Origin: Paracoccus suum
GTDB taxonomy: Bacteria > Pseudomonadota > Alphaproteobacteria > Rhodobacterales > Rhodobacteraceae
Direction of reading: 5' to 3'
Length of the DNA: 32,000 bases
Assembly (NCBI RefSeq): GCF_003324675.1
Contig: NZ_CP030918.1
Location: 2,370,001 to 2,402,000 of the forward strand
Shown here: positions 24,732 through 32,000 of the stretch, piece after piece
Numbering within the stretch: position 1 is the first letter of the stretch
Layout of the letters: each line of letters begins with the position of its first letter
Notes under the pieces: model-generated
What the model saw: the letters and a program-made list of their open reading frames with translations, nothing else
Database searches by the model: none
Told to the model about the DNA's origin: nothing
Made by a program: the position numbers and the translations under genes

Positions 24732-26252
24732 TCACTCCTGTTCGGTGGCCGGATCGGTCGCCGCGGCGCCGTCGTCCGTATCGTTGCCGGCGCCATTGCC
24801 GGGCTCGGCCCGCGTGGCAGGCGTCGCGCGGGCGCCCTGCGTCCCGCCGGGGCTCGTGCGGTAGCGCAGGCCGAGACCTGTCGCGCGCGCGGCGTCGGCG
24901 GCGTTCTCGCGGTCGACCTCCTCGACGTCGTAGCCGGTGGCTTCGACCACCTTGCGCCGCGAGGTGATGCCGGCCTCCATCGCCAGCACCTGCGCCTGGA
25001 TGTCCTTCAGCGGATCGACCCAGTCCCAGCGCGGCGGGATCCATTGGACCGGCCGCGCCGTCGCGGGATCGGCATCGAGTGCGCCCGACAGCACCGCAGT
25101 TTCGAGCCAGCGCTGCCACACTGCCCGGCAGAGCTGGTGCACGATCACCCCATGCTGCAGCTGGCCGATGCGGCGGCGGAACTCGACGAGCTCTGCGCGC
25201 AACGACGAATAGTTGGCCTGCCGCACATCACCAGTCACCAGGTGATAGGGCAGCCCCAGCGAAGCGGAGACCGCCAGCAGCGTGCGGTACTGGAACGCTT
25301 CGTAGCCGCCGCCGACATCCGCCGGGGACGAGAACTTCACGTCCTCGCCTGGCAGCAGCACCTGCATGGTTCCGGGCTCGAGGCTGGCGATGGCCGCGCC
25401 GTCGAGATCCGCCTCGGCCTCGCCCATCATGGGCTCTTCCGGCGCGGTCTTGGTGATGAAGCCCGCGAACATCGCCGCGGTCTTCTTCCGGTCGAGCTCG
25501 GCGTCGTCGTACTGGTCGAGCAGGAACAGCCGCACCATCGCCGGCGCGATATGCGGCAGCCCCCGGATCTGGCCCGCGTCGATCGGCCGGTAGATGTGCA
25601 GCACGTCCGCCGCCGGCACGCGCACCGTCTCCGGGATGACCGCCCCCTGATCGGTGCTATCGCCGGGGTGGCGGCGGCGGAAGTGGTAGGCCACGCGCCG
25701 TCCGATCCCGTCGAACTCGATCCCGCAGCGGATGCGGTTGCCGTTGGCCGCGGCTTCGGTCTTCTCGAACGGCAGCATCTCGGACTGGAGAAGCTGCAGC
25801 TGCAGCGGGACGAGCAGTCCGTCTTCGGCGCGTCTTGGGCGCAGCCGGACAAAGCACTCGCCCGCGACGAACATCTCGCGCGTAACCATGGCCTGCAGGC
25901 CGTAGAAGTCCGTCAGCCCGTCCGCATCGGCCTCGTCGGTCCAGGCGAGCCAGAGCCGCTGGACACGGTCGCGCAGATCGGCGTCCCCGATCAGCGAGGA
26001 CGGCTTGATCCCGTCTCCGACGAGGTTCGCGGCGAAGGCCTCGCAGGCGTTGGCGGCATAGCCGTTGGTCACGACCAATTCGCGAGACCGCGCCAGGAGC
26101 CGCGGCCCGCCCGAGGCGACCAGCGCGTTGATGTTCTCGAGCGGCGGGTTCCAGCCGCGCAGCCGGCGCTTCGCCATGGCGCCCTCAAGGCGGGCGCGCA
26201 CGGAAGCGGGGCCGCCGGCGGACCGGCGGCGGAAGCGGTCGAAAAGCCCCAT
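24732..26252 (-). CDS. portal protein, lambda family
   Basis: 506 aa, after gpW and terminase. GYAANACEAFAANLVGDGIKP region typical of the lambda-type portal. Confidence 0.9.
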   Translation of the reverse strand: MGLFDRFRRRSAGGPASVRARLEGAMAKRRLRGWNPPLENINALVASGGPRLLARSRELVVTNGYAANACEAFAANLVGDGIKPSSLIGDADLRDRVQRLWLAWTDEADADGLTDFYGLQAMVTREMFVAGECFVRLRPRRAEDGLLVPLQLQLLQSEMLPFEKTEAAANGNRIRCGIEFDGIGRRVAYHFRRRHPGDSTDQGAVIPETVRVPAADVLHIYRPIDAGQIRGLPHIAPAMVRLFLLDQYDDAELDRKKTAAMFAGFITKTAPEEPMMGEAEADLDGAAIASLEPGTMQVLLPGEDVKFSSPADVGGGYEAFQYRTLLAVSASLGLPYHLVTGDVRQANYSSLRAELVEFRRRIGQLQHGVIVHQLCRAVWQRWLETAVLSGALDADPATARPVQWIPPRWDWVDPLKDIQAQVLAMEAGITSRRKVVEATGYDVEEVDRENAADAARATGLGLRYRTSPGGTQGARATPATRAEPGNGAGNDTDDGAAATDPATEQE

Positions 26253-26256
26253 CGCC

Positions 26257-26472
26257 TCAGAGCCCCTTCGCCGTCGTCACGCGCACCTGCCGGACGATCC
26301 GCCGCCCCTCAGCCGCGGCGATCTCGCGGTCCAGCGCCTCGATGGCCCGGTCGATCTCGGCCACGCTGCGATAGTCCACGGTCTTGCCGTCATAGCTGAC
26401 CCGCGCCACGCCCGAGGACCGCTGCGCGGTGAGCGCGTCGCGGCGGGCGCGGAGCTCTGCGGCCGTGGCCAT
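26257..26472 (-). CDS. head-to-tail joining protein gpW-like
   Basis: 71 aa between terminase and portal. Pattern LxxRRDAL....GV.RVSYDGKTVDYRS..E. Confidence 0.7.
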   Translation of the reverse strand: MATAAELRARRDALTAQRSSGVARVSYDGKTVDYRSVAEIDRAIEALDREIAAAEGRRIVRQVRVTTAKGL

Positions 26473-26475
26473 GGA

Positions 26476-28470
26476 TCACCTCATGTAGCTCGAGCGCACC
26501 GTGCGCCGGCGCTGCATCGGTCGTGTCGGGACGGACGGCGCCATCGCCGCGCCGTCCGTTGGCCCGTCCTGCTTCGCCACCCCGAGCTGCGCTTCCAGAT
26601 CAGCCCACCGCGCCTCGGGCCAGCGATCCGCCCCGAGGATCCACGCGGCCGCGCGGGCATAGACCCGGGTGTCCAGCGCCTCGTTGCGCTCGCGGAGCTT
26701 CTGCCATTCGAGCCGCGTGAAACCACGCTTGCCCTTCACCGTCACCAGCTGCTCGGCGGTCAACTGCTTCAGCCATTCGCCGTCCGCCCAGTCCGGCAGG
26801 TGGATCGTGCCGGGCGGGCACAACGCGCCCGCCGCCTGTTCTTCCCTCGTCGGCCGGTCCTGCCGCAGAAAGCGATAGGTCTCGGCCTTGAAGGTCGATG
26901 TGGCCACGGTCCAGAGCCGGGCCCCGCGCCGCAGCCGCTTGCCGGCGATGGTGGCATCGACATAGGTCGGCCCGGTCACCGGGCTCGTCCGGGTGAACCC
27001 CTCGACGCCCTTCACCGGCGCAACCTGCGCAAAGCCCACCTGCCGGGACCAGGCATAGACCGCGCTGGTCTCGTAGCCCGTGTCGATCGCGAGCCGGGCG
27101 AGCGTCATCGTCTGGCCTGAGGCGTGCGTCCATGTCCGGCCGAGCAGGTCGGTCAGCTGCTGCCAGCAGGCCGGATCGCCGGGCCCGCCCTCGAGCACGA
27201 GATGATCGACGAGCCAGCTTTCCAGCCCGCGGCCCCAGGCCCAGACATCGACCTCGATCCGGTCCTTCTGCACGTCGGCGCCCGCGGTCAGGAACAGCCC
27301 GCGCTCGGGCACCGTGGCCGGGGCCCATGCCTCGCGCCGGTCCGCCAGGCGCTGCCAGTCGGGCGCTTCGCCGGTCTCCATCCAGGTCTCGCCGAGGATG
27401 GTGTTCCGGAACGCCCGCATCGCCTCGTCGCTGCCCCGTGCCGCCTCATGCGCCCGCGCGATCCGCTGCCAGCTGAGCCAGCCTACCGGCGAATAGAGCG
27501 CCGAGAGGTGGTAGCCGACCGTGGTTGGATCGGCGGTCGTGGCGGTCGCCCGCCATTCGCCGCGATCGAGCATCCTCGTCTTGTGGTGCTCGGCGATGGG
27601 CCGCTCGCAGCCCTCGCAGTGATATTCCGCCGTATCCGGCCGCCACTTCTCCCAGCGCAGCCGCTCGAACTTCAGCCACTGCATCGCGTCGCAATGCGGG
27701 CACGGCACGAAGTACCGCCGCTGGTCGGAAGCCTCGAACTCCCGCTCGATCCGGGAGAGCCCGCGGATCGTCGGGGTCGAGACCAGGAACACCTTGCGCC
27801 GATGGGCGAAGGTCAGAGACCGGGCTTCCGCCAGCGTGACCGGATCGCCTTCTTCGTCGGCCGAGGCCGGATAGGCGTCGACCTCGTCGAGGAAGATGTA
27901 CCGCGCCGGAGTGGACCGCAGTCCGACCGCCGAGTTCGCGCCCGTCATGATCAGGATGCCGCCCGCGAACTCTTTCGACAGCATCGTGTTGCCCGCGTCG
28001 CGGGACCGGGCCGGCTTGACCCGCTCCCGCAGCTCGGGGCTCTCGTCGATCAGCGGGTCGATCCGCTGGCGCGAGTTGCGCTTGGCCAGTTCCACCGTCG
28101 GCTGGACCGCCAGCATCGGGCCCGGCGCCTGGTGGATGACGAAGCCGATCCAGTTGTTGCCGGCCTCGGTCGCGCCGACCTGCGCGGCCTTCATGAACAC
28201 GATCCGCTGTGTCGGGTCGCCGGGCGAGAGCCGGTCCATGATCTCGCGCATGTAGGGCGTGCGCGCGGTCCGGTACTGCCCCGGCTCGGCCGAGGCCCGC
28301 GACGCGAGTTTCCGGTGAAGGTCCGCCCAGCTCGAGACGGTCAGGTTCGGGTCGGGCCGCAGGCCCCGCGACCAGGCGCGGATCAGCGCAGCGGCGCCGT
28401 CGAACCCGAAAACATCGTCATCCAAGCCCGGGTCGGATCTCCGCGAGGCTGTCGAGCTGGGCGCGGACAT
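26476..28470 (-). CDS. terminase large subunit, GpA family
   Basis: 664 aa. Walker-A-like FMKAAQVGATEAG, CPHCD zinc motif and overall GpA layout. Overlaps the small subunit gene by 53 nt (an alternative TTG at 28425 would shorten the overlap). Confidence 0.92.
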   Translation of the reverse strand: MSAPSSTASRRSDPGLDDDVFGFDGAAALIRAWSRGLRPDPNLTVSSWADLHRKLASRASAEPGQYRTARTPYMREIMDRLSPGDPTQRIVFMKAAQVGATEAGNNWIGFVIHQAPGPMLAVQPTVELAKRNSRQRIDPLIDESPELRERVKPARSRDAGNTMLSKEFAGGILIMTGANSAVGLRSTPARYIFLDEVDAYPASADEEGDPVTLAEARSLTFAHRRKVFLVSTPTIRGLSRIEREFEASDQRRYFVPCPHCDAMQWLKFERLRWEKWRPDTAEYHCEGCERPIAEHHKTRMLDRGEWRATATTADPTTVGYHLSALYSPVGWLSWQRIARAHEAARGSDEAMRAFRNTILGETWMETGEAPDWQRLADRREAWAPATVPERGLFLTAGADVQKDRIEVDVWAWGRGLESWLVDHLVLEGGPGDPACWQQLTDLLGRTWTHASGQTMTLARLAIDTGYETSAVYAWSRQVGFAQVAPVKGVEGFTRTSPVTGPTYVDATIAGKRLRRGARLWTVATSTFKAETYRFLRQDRPTREEQAAGALCPPGTIHLPDWADGEWLKQLTAEQLVTVKGKRGFTRLEWQKLRERNEALDTRVYARAAAWILGADRWPEARWADLEAQLGVAKQDGPTDGAAMAPSVPTRPMQRRRTVRSSYMR

Positions 28471-29002
28471 GGGCCTCCAGAACCTTCTGCATCAGCGCCG
28501 CCTCCACCTCGCACGCGTCCCCCAGCGCCGCGGTGAGCTCCGAGGCCATCAGCGCCGCGACGCGCGCCGGCCAGGTCACCCACGCATCGCGTTCGTCGCG
28601 CGCGAGCCGGAACATCAGCGTCTCCGCCCGGGCGCGGTCGACCAGTTCCCCCTTCAGCTTCTGCAGCCGGATGCGCCGCTCCTGCGCCTTCAGCACCTCG
28701 TTCGCGGTCTTGGCCTGCAGGAAGGTTGTGCCGCCGCCCACCGCCGGAACAGCCAGCCCCTGTTCGCGCAGCGTGTCGCCGACGGCGGCTACGGCAGCCT
28801 CGGGGACGGGCTTCAGCTTCGGCGCGGGCGGCTTTCTCGTCTTCGACGGGTCCGTTGTCTCGGCCCGTCTAGCATCGCTGGCCGCCGCGTTGATGCTGCC
28901 GTCGGGATAGAGCACCAGCCGCTCGGCCGTCTTCGCCTTCTGGATCGCGCCCCGCGACAGCCCGACATGCGCGGCGTACTGGCGCTCGCTCATGCCCTGC
29001 AT
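28418..29002 (-). CDS. terminase small subunit candidate with N-terminal HTH
   Basis: MSERQYAAHVGLSRGAIQKAK HTH, then a coiled-coil region. First gene of the late operon, immediately upstream of the GpA gene. Confidence 0.6.
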   Translation of the reverse strand: MQGMSERQYAAHVGLSRGAIQKAKTAERLVLYPDGSINAAASDARRAETTDPSKTRKPPAPKLKPVPEAAVAAVGDTLREQGLAVPAVGGGTTFLQAKTANEVLKAQERRIRLQKLKGELVDRARAETLMFRLARDERDAWVTWPARVAALMASELTAALGDACEVEAALMQKVLEAHVRAQLDSLAEIRPGLG

Positions 29003-29032
29003 CGACGGCTCCGATTATCATTTAGGATCATG

Positions 29033-29051
29033 TGCTTATCGAGTTGATAAG
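29033..29051. promoter_or_regulatory. palindrome GCTTATC-N5-GATAAGC in AT-rich divergent intergenic region
   Basis: Read directly. Lies in the 111-bp gap between the small terminase start (29002) and the plus-strand gene at 29114. An adjacent ATCAT-N7-ATCAT repeat is present. Confidence 0.35.
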
Positions 29052-29113
29052 CCTCGCGGACAGAGCGAACGTCCATCCCACAAGGACGATGCAACTCACC
29101 CGGAGCCACCACG

Positions 29114-29386
29114 ATGACCACCCGCCTGAACCCGATCACCACCCCGCGCTTTGAGGCCCGCGCCGAGAAGGCGCGCCGGAACAAGGAGGCGGCATTGGCC
29201 GCCTTCATCGGCAAGAAAGCCGAGATCGACGCGATGCTCGCGCGCCTGCAGGCGCTCAGCGACGACCATTTCAACTGCGCCCCCGACGAGGCGGGCTGGG
29301 CCATGGTCGGCACCCTCGAACACTACGCCAGCCTCCTGAAGCGCATTACCGACAGCGCCTTCGGCGAGGGCGAGCACGCCCGCTGA
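29114..29386 (+). CDS. hypothetical phage protein
   Basis: 90-aa helical ORF with good codon bias. No recognisable motif. Confidence 0.5.
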   Translation: MTTRLNPITTPRFEARAEKARRNKEAALAAFIGKKAEIDAMLARLQALSDDHFNCAPDEAGWAMVGTLEHYASLLKRITDSAFGEGEHAR

Positions 29387-29523
29387 TCTCCGGCACTGCA
29401 GGAACTCCCGCCGCGCGCCCTGCGCGGTGAGCCCGAACCGTGGCCCCAGTGGGGCCGCGTAAGTCGGGCGAACGGGTCGTAGAAGGCGCCGCATCACGCG
29501 GGCCCGAATACGGAGACGACCCC

Positions 29524-30114
29524 ATGACCAAGCTTTCCGACACCCAGCTCGTGATCCTCAGCGCCGCCGCGCAGCGCGAGGACCGCAACGTCCTGCCGCT
29601 CCCCGGCTCCCTCCGCGGCGGCGCCGCCGCCAAGGTGGTCGGCGCGCTGCTGAAGCGCGGGCTGATCGCCGAGACCACGTCCGACAGCCGGGCCAAGGCC
29701 GACGCCGCGCTCAACCGAATCTGGCGCAACGACGAGGACGGCAACGCCATCCTCCTGCACATCACGGACGCGGGCCTTGCCGCCATCGGCGTCGAGCCGG
29801 AGAGCGGCGACAGCGCGCCCACGGGCGCCGAAGAGGCGCCGAGCGCGGAGACCCCTCAGGACGCTCCCGCCGCGGCCGGCCCCGCGCCCAAGGCGCGCAC
29901 ACCGCGCACGGGCACCAAGCAGGCGAAGCTGATCGAGATGCTCCGCACCGAGGGCGGCGCGACCATCGACGAGATGGTCGCGGCCTTGGACTGGAGACCG
30001 CACACGGTGAGGGGTGCGCTTGCCGGCGCGCTAAAGAAAAAGCTCGGTCTGACCGTCACCTCGGAGAAAGTCGAAGGAAGAGGGCGCTGCTACCGCATCG
30101 AGGACGCCGTCTGA
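29524..30114 (+). CDS. DUF3489 domain protein (winged-helix-like C-terminus)
   Basis: Start MTKLSDTQLVILSAAAQRED. C-terminal TKQAKLIEMLRTEGGATIDEMVAALDWRPHTVRGALAG motif typical of DUF3489. Confidence 0.7.
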   Translation: MTKLSDTQLVILSAAAQREDRNVLPLPGSLRGGAAAKVVGALLKRGLIAETTSDSRAKADAALNRIWRNDEDGNAILLHITDAGLAAIGVEPESGDSAPTGAEEAPSAETPQDAPAAAGPAPKARTPRTGTKQAKLIEMLRTEGGATIDEMVAALDWRPHTVRGALAGALKKKLGLTVTSEKVEGRGRCYRIEDAV

Positions 30115-30314
30115 TGCCGCGGTACAGGGTCAAGATCACCCGTGCCGTCACCGAAAGCACCCGCGTGACCGTCGAGGCACTGTCCCCGGAGGCGGCGCAA
30201 GCCGTCGCCTTCGTGGCGCTGGCCGACATGGAGGACGCCTTCTGGAACCTTGATGAGGGTTCGTGGAATGCAGGCCCCGCCTACATCACGGCAGTCGAGC
30301 CTGCCGATGTGTGA
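30114..30314 (+). CDS. hypothetical protein
   Basis: 66-aa ORF coupled to the upstream gene by a TGATG overlap. Confidence 0.45.
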   Translation: MPRYRVKITRAVTESTRVTVEALSPEAAQAVAFVALADMEDAFWNLDEGSWNAGPAYITAVEPADV

Positions 30315-30323
30315 TGCCCGGCG

Positions 30324-30533
30324 CTATCGCCAACGCTCGAACAGTCGTCGCAGCAGGTAACCCCGCGCCAACGACACGCCGACGAAGGCGAGGCCGATGC
30401 TCAGATGCTCCGCGATTCCAGTCTCGATCCCGAACCACGGGAACACCACGATCTGCGTTGCGATGGCCAAAACGTAGCCGACGACAACGTTTGCCGCGGC
30501 CTCGACCATCGACATGATCCGGCTCTGCTTCAT
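30324..30533 (-). CDS. small two-TM membrane protein
   Basis: 69 aa with two hydrophobic helices. The start overlaps the stop of the methylase gene. Confidence 0.55.
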   Translation of the reverse strand: MKQSRIMSMVEAAANVVVGYVLAIATQIVVFPWFGIETGIAEHLSIGLAFVGVSLARGYLLRRLFERWR

Positions 30534-31519
30534 CGCAGGCTCTCCAGAAACGCCGTCACGAACTCCGCCGCGAGCGACGGAACGATTGCATTGCCGTAGC
30601 CCCGCAGCAGCCCCATGCGACCGGGTAGCCCATCAGCCAGCGGGAATGTTCCGGGCTCAACGGGCCGCCAGCGGTCATCGCGGCAGAGGAGCCAGTCCGG
30701 ATCTCGCCAGACGCCGTCCGTCGCATTGGCCCCGGCAGGGTCGGCGCCATCGACCAGTCCACCAGCTTCACCGTCCTGCGGCTCGCATCGGTGTTGCCGG
30801 CCGCGTTGTATCGCTTCGTGGCGGGCGAGCCCGCCATCGCCGTCGGCCAACCCGCCAGCCAGACCTGTCGGCCGAGCAGCGCATTGATCGGCACCGACCG
30901 GCATTCCGATCCGTCCTTGTGATCCCTCGCCGAGGCCGTCGCCCAACCCGCGAGTGACTGCGTCCAAGGCGACGGCGCCGAAGAACAGGCGTTGGCGGAT
31001 GTGCGGCGCGCCGATGCCCGCAGCCGGCAGATCGGCCGCCGCGACGGCGTAAGATGCCGCTTCCAGGTCAGCCGCCAGAGCGTCGAACCACGCCCAGCCA
31101 GTCGGGCCCTCAACTGCCGCGCGAGACTTTCTGCCAACCGGTCCGAGCACTGCCGCGCTCGCGACCTGCTCGCCGAAGACGAGCTCCGGGCGGCAGGCTG
31201 CGACGAGCCGCAGGAATGCCGGGGCGAGATGGCGGTCATCGTCCTGTCCCTTGCGCTGCCCGGCCTGACTGAAGGGCTGGCAGGGCGGCGAACCGGTCCA
31301 GACGGACAGATCGTCCGCTACGCCCGCGAGTCGCAGCGCATATGGCCAGCCGCCGATGCCGGCGAAGAAATGACATTGCGCGAAGCCGCGCAGCTCGGTG
31401 GGCTCCACCTCGAGGATGGACCTTTCGTCCACTTGGCCCGCGGGCAGAAGCCCGGCCGCGATCAGTTCCCGCAGCCAGGCGCAGATCGCGGGATCGGCAT
31501 CGTTGTAGTAGACGGCCAT
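30530..31519 (-). CDS. DNA (cytosine-5) methyltransferase; the middle of the gene shows a frame anomaly (see findings)
   Basis: Start MAVYYNDADP overlaps the upstream stop (TGATG). Motifs FFAGIGGW (I), PPCQPFS (IV), FGEQV (VI), RQRLFF (VIII) and GYGNAIVP (X) are all in this frame. Confidence 0.75.
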   Translation of the reverse strand: MAVYYNDADPAICAWLRELIAAGLLPAGQVDERSILEVEPTELRGFAQCHFFAGIGGWPYALRLAGVADDLSVWTGSPPCQPFSQAGQRKGQDDDRHLAPAFLRLVAACRPELVFGEQVASAAVLGPVGRKSRAAVEGPTGWAWFDALAADLEAASYAVAAADLPAAGIGAPHIRQRLFFGAVALDAVTRGLGDGLGEGSQGRIGMPVGADQCAARPTGLAGGLADGDGGLARHEAIQRGRQHRCEPQDGEAGGLVDGADPAGANATDGVWRDPDWLLCRDDRWRPVEPGTFPLADGLPGRMGLLRGYGNAIVPSLAAEFVTAFLESLR

Positions 31520-32000
31520 CAGGCGGCTGCATCGGCCTTGTCGCCCAGCCGCTCGGCCTTCACCTCGGCGAAAATCCGGCCGTCGCCGTCGAGGATCGCC
31601 TCGCGCCCGGTGTCGGCCTGCCAGCGTTCGACGGCGACATCGACGTAAGCCGGGCTGATCTCCATCGCGAAGACGCGGCGGCCATTCGCTTCGCCCGCCA
31701 TGATCTGCGAGCCGGAGCCCGAGAACGGCTCGTAACAGAGGCCGCCGCGGGCGACGTGCTGGCGCATCGGGATGCCGAAGGCGTCGAGCGGTTTCGGCGT
31801 CGGGTGGTCGGGGCGCTCGTCCTTCGTGAAGGACGGCATTTCCCAGGTCGAGGGGAGCGTCTGCTCGGCCACCTTCGGCGGGCGGTTCGGGCGGCGCCAA
31901 CCCATGAAGCAGGGCTCGTGCTTCCAGAGGTAATGCGAGCGGGTGAGAACCCCCCGGTCCTTCACCCAGATGATCTGCTGGTGCACGAAGGCGCCCGCCT
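31519..32000 (-). CDS. beta-class N6-adenine/N4-cytosine DNA methyltransferase, N-terminus outside the window
   Basis: DHPTPKPLDAF followed by YEPFSGSGS (FxGxG SAM motif). The ORF stays open to the window edge. Confidence 0.8.
   Translation of the reverse strand, partial: AGAFVHQQIIWVKDRGVLTRSHYLWKHEPCFMGWRRPNRPPKVAEQTLPSTWEMPSFTKDERPDHPTPKPLDAFGIPMRQHVARGGLCYEPFSGSGSQIMAGEANGRRVFAMEISPAYVDVAVERWQADTGREAILDGDGRIFAEVKAERLGDKADAAA

Larger units (their letters stand above)
6590..32000. mobile_element. prophage arm (lysis, tail, head, packaging and methylase modules); right end outside the window
   Basis: Contiguous co-oriented phage morphogenesis genes with many ATGA/TGATG overlaps. Left limit inferred between the ldt stop (6484) and the endolysin stop (6590). 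No integrase or att seen here. Confidence 0.85.

Noticed and set aside
6590-29002. Calling the region a bona fide gene transfer agent (RcGTA-type) cluster.
   Set aside because: The head and packaging genes are lambda-type rather than the HK97-type of RcGTA. A small terminase, lysis genes, methylases and morons are present. A prophage (possibly defective) is the better-supported call.
1-32000. Scan for CRISPR arrays, tRNA/rRNA genes, IS elements and integrases.
   Set aside because: No spaced direct repeats, cloverleaf-like segments, terminal inverted repeats or recombinase motifs were found by eye.

Overview
High-GC (alphaproteobacterial, Rhodobacterales-like) chromosome segment in two parts. 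(1) 1-6.5 kb holds host genes. A co-transcribed Rrf2 (NsrR-like) and Crp/Fnr regulator pair sits divergent from a plus-strand cluster: 1-Cys peroxiredoxin, a small secreted protein, a cytochrome bd/CIO-type quinol oxidase (cydAB plus a 36-aa peptide), then an L,D-transpeptidase lipoprotein. The same 19-bp palindrome lies in two promoters around the regulator pair. (2) 6.6-32 kb is one arm of a siphovirus-type prophage that runs off the right edge, almost all on the minus strand. Its order is two DNA methyltransferases, small and large (GpA-type) terminase, gpW, lambda-type portal, ClpP-like protease, gpD-like decoration, gpE-like major capsid and neck proteins. These are followed by tail tube, chaperone, tape measure, an RcGTA-like distal tail/baseplate block (DUF2460, DUF2163, NlpC/P60, 1321-aa megatron-like protein), a DUF2793 fibre and a lysis cassette. 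Most interesting: two lower-GC, opposite-strand insertions inside the neck/tail module. One is an unrecognised two-gene cassette (glycine-zipper membrane protein plus a protein with a Mrr/PD-(D/E)xK-like core). The other is a secreted staphylococcal-nuclease homologue. Both are candidate prophage-encoded defence/exclusion morons. Also notable: a textbook -1 frameshift site (A_AAA_AAC) in the tail chaperone with a 112-codon open -1 extension carrying CxxC-x9-CxxC; a C1q-like C-terminal domain on the fibre; and a reading-frame anomaly inside the C5-methyltransferase gene. No tRNA, rRNA, CRISPR array or integrase was seen in this window.
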